Shown here one piece after another: positions 59,365-64,000 of a stretch of DNA of 64,000 nt (position 1 is the first letter of the stretch; each line of letters opens with the position of its first letter). This stretch comes from Eledone cirrhosa (lineage: Eukaryota): contig CAXHJY010000744.1 of NCBI GenBank assembly GCA_964016885.1, forward strand, positions 1 to 64,000. Direction: 5' to 3'. Under the pieces are notes generated by a model. That model searched no databases. It saw nothing but the letters and a program-made list of their open reading frames with translations, and was not told the origin of the DNA. The position numbers and the translations under genes were made by a program.

Positions 59365-61390
59365 TAGAGTTAGAAGTAGAAGATAAATAGAAAGTAAACA
59401 AAGGAAAGAACGGGGAAAATGAGAAGGAGAAAATAGGGGAAAAAAAAACAAACACGTGCGTATTTAGTCGGCCATCTTGGGGAGTATCATATATAGTAAG
59501 CTACTATTTTCCTGCAAAATATTTTATCCGTGATTTTTAGGAGGCTGGAATAAAAACAGAGAACACTAATCACAACTACAGTAGAACATATTTCAGTTTT
59601 CCAGAGCGTTTTATAGATGCCATGTGATATCTTAATGTCTTGCCATCTAAAGGAGAGAGAAAGTTCTAGAACTAATGTTGAAGATATTGTACAAAATAGT
59701 AGACGTGTCTTTGCTTGCTTCTAACTTAATAAACACAAAACGTAATTTTCACACCTCCTTCATCTTCAAGTAAATGAAAGTATAATTACTTCTATTCGTC
59801 GTTATTTTTCTTCTTGTTCTTCCTCCTGAATTATTGTCACTGTCCGTTTAAACATTAAGACTAAACGTGTCACTATATTTAGATAAATAGTTTTGACTAG
59901 TTGATTATTTATATAACTTAATAAACACAGGAAGTAAATCCGACACTAGATGCACTATACATAGTTTGAATTTACAGTATCAAGGAGGTTTCAGGTCTGA
60001 ATATTTCTGATAAATTGTGCAGCTATTTATCAGTGAATGGTGACGTAAATGACCAATAGTATCACATAACTATCTGATAAGTGTTGTACACTAAATGGTG
60101 AGAAATTGATCGGTTTCAACATCTCAGTAAATTAGTTTGCGATGATACTTTTTAAATGATTTCTTTTTGAGGGATAAAGAAAGTTTTAGTAAAGAGCGTA
60201 ATGTCTTGTAATTTTTTATATTGTATTGGGTTGCCAACAAAAGCCGTGTTTTTATTTGTTTCTGTTGGTGTTTTTCTTTAGTTAGGCTTTCCATCCATGA
60301 CCACCCAAATGTTTACATATCATGGCACCGAAGCATCAAATAGAATTCTTAAGCCAGGTAATGGGTTGAGTATATTACCAAAAGAAATTGAATGGTCCAC
60401 TCAGCTTGTAGTAAAAATACACCGTAAAGACCAGTTGGAGGTGTTAAACCGAGCAACAGATTAAGGCTAACACACAAGAAAAAAGAAACGGTCACTTTGC
60501 TGAGCTTTTTCATGTCTCTCACGAAACATTGGTCAGCAAAATGATGTAGTAAGAGACACTTGCCTAAGGTACCACGCAGTAGGCTCAGAGGCGAAACCAC
60601 AAGGTTGAAAAGCGGATTTGTTAATCACACAGCAGCCATTGTAGCTTCCTGCTATACATTTTAGTTTATAAGACTGTGAGATGAGCATCAATGCATTTAA
60701 GTGAAAGACGACACCAGCTATCTTTCATGTTAAAATAACCTAACTTATCTGCAACTGATTTATCACAAGTATAGATTAAGAAACACAAGAGAACACGGAG
60801 AAAATGTTTTCTTTCATTTACGAGAAGCATTTCCTGTGAAAAAGATGAAACAATCTCTGATATGTCCTCCAGTGACTGAACTGTAACTAAAGTAGGAAGT
60901 TCGAGAATTTTATCGGCTCCTTTTCTTCAAATATAGATTTTATTATTTATTGAAGAAGATTAGCAGAGAAACACGACACATATTCATTGTACCCCTTAAA
61001 ATGCACACATTGATAGTTTGATTATATTCACGTGATTTTTATCATATATAAAATGTTCACATCTGTATTATCTACCAATGACTTCATACGAATGTATATA
61101 TATATAATATTAAGTGCATATATATTATGAAAAAGCGATGTGTATATATAATATTGAGTATATATAATATTGAGTACATGTTATGTATAATATTAAGAAA
61201 AAGCGATGAAACTCGTTTACATGTGTTTATTGATTATCGACTTGTTACGTCGTTTCACTGAATCACCTATACTCTGTGTGTGTGGGGGGGGGGGAGAGAA
61301 AGAGATGAATATGCAAAATAACTAAAGCAGAGAGCAGAGAGCCGAAACAAATACCGCAAAGCATTCTATCCGACGCATATATACTGTATA

Positions 61391-61875
61391 TCTTCTTTTT
61401 CTTCTTCTTCCGCCGAGTTTACACTCGCAAAGATTCAGCACGCTTTCTCCAATCGTCCCGGTCGAGCATAACATTTCTCAGTTCATCGATGTTATCAATG
61501 TTGGCATCTCTCAGCAGGGTATCAATGAATGAGACGACCTGTCTTCCTACGCTTCTTCGTCCGACCGCCGGTTTCCAGAGCACAAGTTGTCATGCTGTCT
61601 CTTCTGGATGACAGATGCATTGCCCAGCCAGTTTCATTCGTCGGCAGGCAACTTTTTTTTAGATTGGTGTTAGTGATCTGTATAGTTCTTTATTTGTCAG
61701 CTTCTGTTTCCAAGAAATGTTCTCAGCATCCTCGTGTAACATCCGTCAAGTCTTTTGCATAGCACTTTGTCAATAATCCACGTTTCACTGCCGTAAAGCA
61801 GGACGGATTCAACATTATACCTAAATAATATTTTTGTAAATGAAGCTCTAAAAAATTGGATTTTAGCTCTTATGC
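61391..61875 (-). mobile_element. RTE-group LINE 3' fragment
   Basis: [27 protein letters not shown] and a (GAA)n-like tail at 61391-61410. Confidence 0.8.
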
Positions 61876-62510
61876 TCATGGACATGAAACTATTTATAGT
61901 ATAATATGAATTAGATAAAATTTGTTATCTATATTTTGTAATATTGTTACTCCTTTAATTAATTAATTCAGGTTGAGGTGTAGTTTTTGAGGCGTTTGGT
62001 GAGCTATTTTTAGCTTTCCTCTTAACCTCCAGTCTTTTAACGTCGAATCGGCTACCTTTTTAAACAGAAAACATATATTTACTTTTTTAATTACATCTGC
62101 GGGTTTGTTTGTTGTTTTTTTGTTGTTGTTGTTTTTTTTTTGTTTTTTTTGCTGTAAATTTAGTTGTATTCCTGGCGTCGTTTCCAGCACAAGCCAATTT
62201 ATTTTAATTTTCTTGTAAAGGCTGTGTAAAACAATCTTACTGAAGAGTATTATTTTGTCTTGATGTACTAATTAACCATTTTAATTATAGTAATTGGTAT
62301 TTTTTCTTTGTCATTTGAAACCACGGTCCAAGCAATTATAATTATAATGTAAGTAGAACTGTGTTTACCTTTAAAGGTGTTTCTGCATGCTATACTTTTT
62401 GTTTACTATGCTATTTCCTGGAGTAAATCCATGTTCTCGTGAAGCTGATAGATAAGCTGTCTGAAATAAAAAGAAGAAAAATAACTCAGAAACCATATAC
62501 TAGTATATGT

Positions 62511-62703
62511 CAGACCTGTCGACTCTTTCAGTTTGCCGGGGAGATCTCCCACCCACTTTGGGGTGAGTGAGAGATCTTCCCTTGTGAAAATGGGTATACC
62601 TTTCATTATGTAAAATCTCCCCATTTTGCCTCATTTCTCCCCGTTTTGGGGCACTTTTTTTCATGGTACTCCCCGTTTAGGTTTTTAGAGGTTGGCAGGT
62701 ATG
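62511..62703. mobile_element. MITE copy 3
   Basis: CAGACCTGTCGACTCT ... AGAGGTTGGCAGGTATG, flanked by ATATGT on both sides. Confidence 0.82.
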
Positions 62704-63189
62704 ATATGTAAATAGACATCATTACAGAAATGTGTGTGAATAATCACAAAAATTGATGCTAGAATCTCTGAATTTAGAACACTTGTCAAGGCTGTACCAC
62801 TGCCTTTAAAAAGCATACATCGACATCTCAACTTTGTAACACACTGATGTCATAAATTCTTCAAAAGAAAATTTTGTTTACGCTTCTGTTAATTCTTTGT
62901 TTTTGTATTTTTAGTTAAACCCATTTTCATTTCTTTTCAAAGTTGTATGATAGTTAACAGCAGGAAACGCCAATGTAACCAATAATGTATTTGTTGAAGA
63001 TCTAATAATATATACTGGAAATATTTTCAATACTGAAAAGCAGCTGGATTCGATAACAGCAATTTTAGCTGATAGAAGGCGGAATTTGATCAAAAGAAAT
63101 CTCCATACTCGATAGTTGGACGTATGAAAGCTGCTTTCAGATGAAAAAATATTAGCATCAATGGTCGTTGTATTTTCCCTGTTCTACAC

Positions 63190-64000
63190 AATAAATATTA
63201 CAAATACCTAGGTATTGATGAAAATGTATTATTGTGGAGTGATTAAAAATATTACACTTGACCAGCGGCTCCGTGGGAACATTTCTTTAAATAAAAGTGA
63301 TTCTTTTTAGGGAAAATTTTGGAAATTACTTCATTAGACCTAAGGAATGTGACAGTGGGGGCTTATATTTTTAACAAAACAATATCTCTCAATGTATTTA
63401 TAGTTCGAACATTTGATATACTGGATTGGACAATAGAGGAAATGCGCTCCATTGATGATGAAGCAAGATCTTAATATCAACTGGGAACTTCCATAGAAAT
63501 AATGTTATTGACAGGTTTCATCTCAACTGGAAGTCCAAACGGCATTCGAATGCCATATGGTATCACTTAAACAGAATATACTAAACAATAGCAAAAGAAA
63601 AAAAAATACACCCAGTGCTCAAAAATCGAGAGTGAATTTCTCTAAAATTTCCGAAGACGTTTTATACGAATTCAAAACAGTAACATAAACATTCATGCGC
63701 ACAGAAAAAAGTAGCATATAGGGGCGTTTCGTGGAAACCTCAGTATGATTCCAATATCAACAGGAAGTGTATAGCCTCTAATGGAATCGTGTCCATTACA
63801 TCATATTACATTTAGAAAATTATGCTTTTGTAATCTATGAACTGCACATGGCTACAGGATAACTGCTGAACAAAAGAGACAGTGAAGCCCTTAAATTACC
63901 AATATGCAACCGAAAATGCCTCTTATCTGGAGAACACAATGCACATATAATCAGCAGATGCCTAAAATGTCAACAAGGCATTTACGATACTGTGCAGTAT
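63190..64000 (+). mobile_element. R4/Dong-like non-LTR fragment (end of RT to CCHC region), heavily decayed
   Basis: YKYLGIDEN, NKTISLNVFIV, FDILDWTIEEMRSID, KILISTGNFHRNNVIDRFHL, LENYAFVIYE and CNRKCLL..HIISRC. Confidence 0.7.

Overview
Very AT-rich eukaryotic (animal) non-genic DNA with no recognisable intact host gene. The SINE/LINE families and microsatellite load suggest a cephalopod such as Octopus; this is an inference. Roughly 40% of the window is interrupted (TA)n array, including one block of about 14.6 kb (199-14847). All the long Y/I- and C/V-repeat ORFs are artefacts of these arrays. Between the arrays lie transposon relics: CR1-, RTE-, Tx1/L1-, CRE- and R4/Dong-type LINE fragments, a Penelope GIY-YIG fragment, a tandem Helitron, an LTR remnant with a tRNA-Trp-like PBS, a deleted mariner, a hAT-like MITE family and many tRNA-derived SINEs. 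The main unexplained signal is a dense set of at least 12 complete or degenerate type I hammerhead-ribozyme motifs (CTGANGA..stem II..GAAA..NTH, often followed by AATAAA). They sit in short non-coding, Penelope-pLTR-like islands next to TA or TG tracts and are repeatedly arranged as fold-back inverted repeats. Other oddities are an ORF1-only L1/Tx1-like element with a 19-bp TSD and a 5'-inverted (twin-primed) RTE. All family calls come from motif recognition by eye; no database search or folding program was run.
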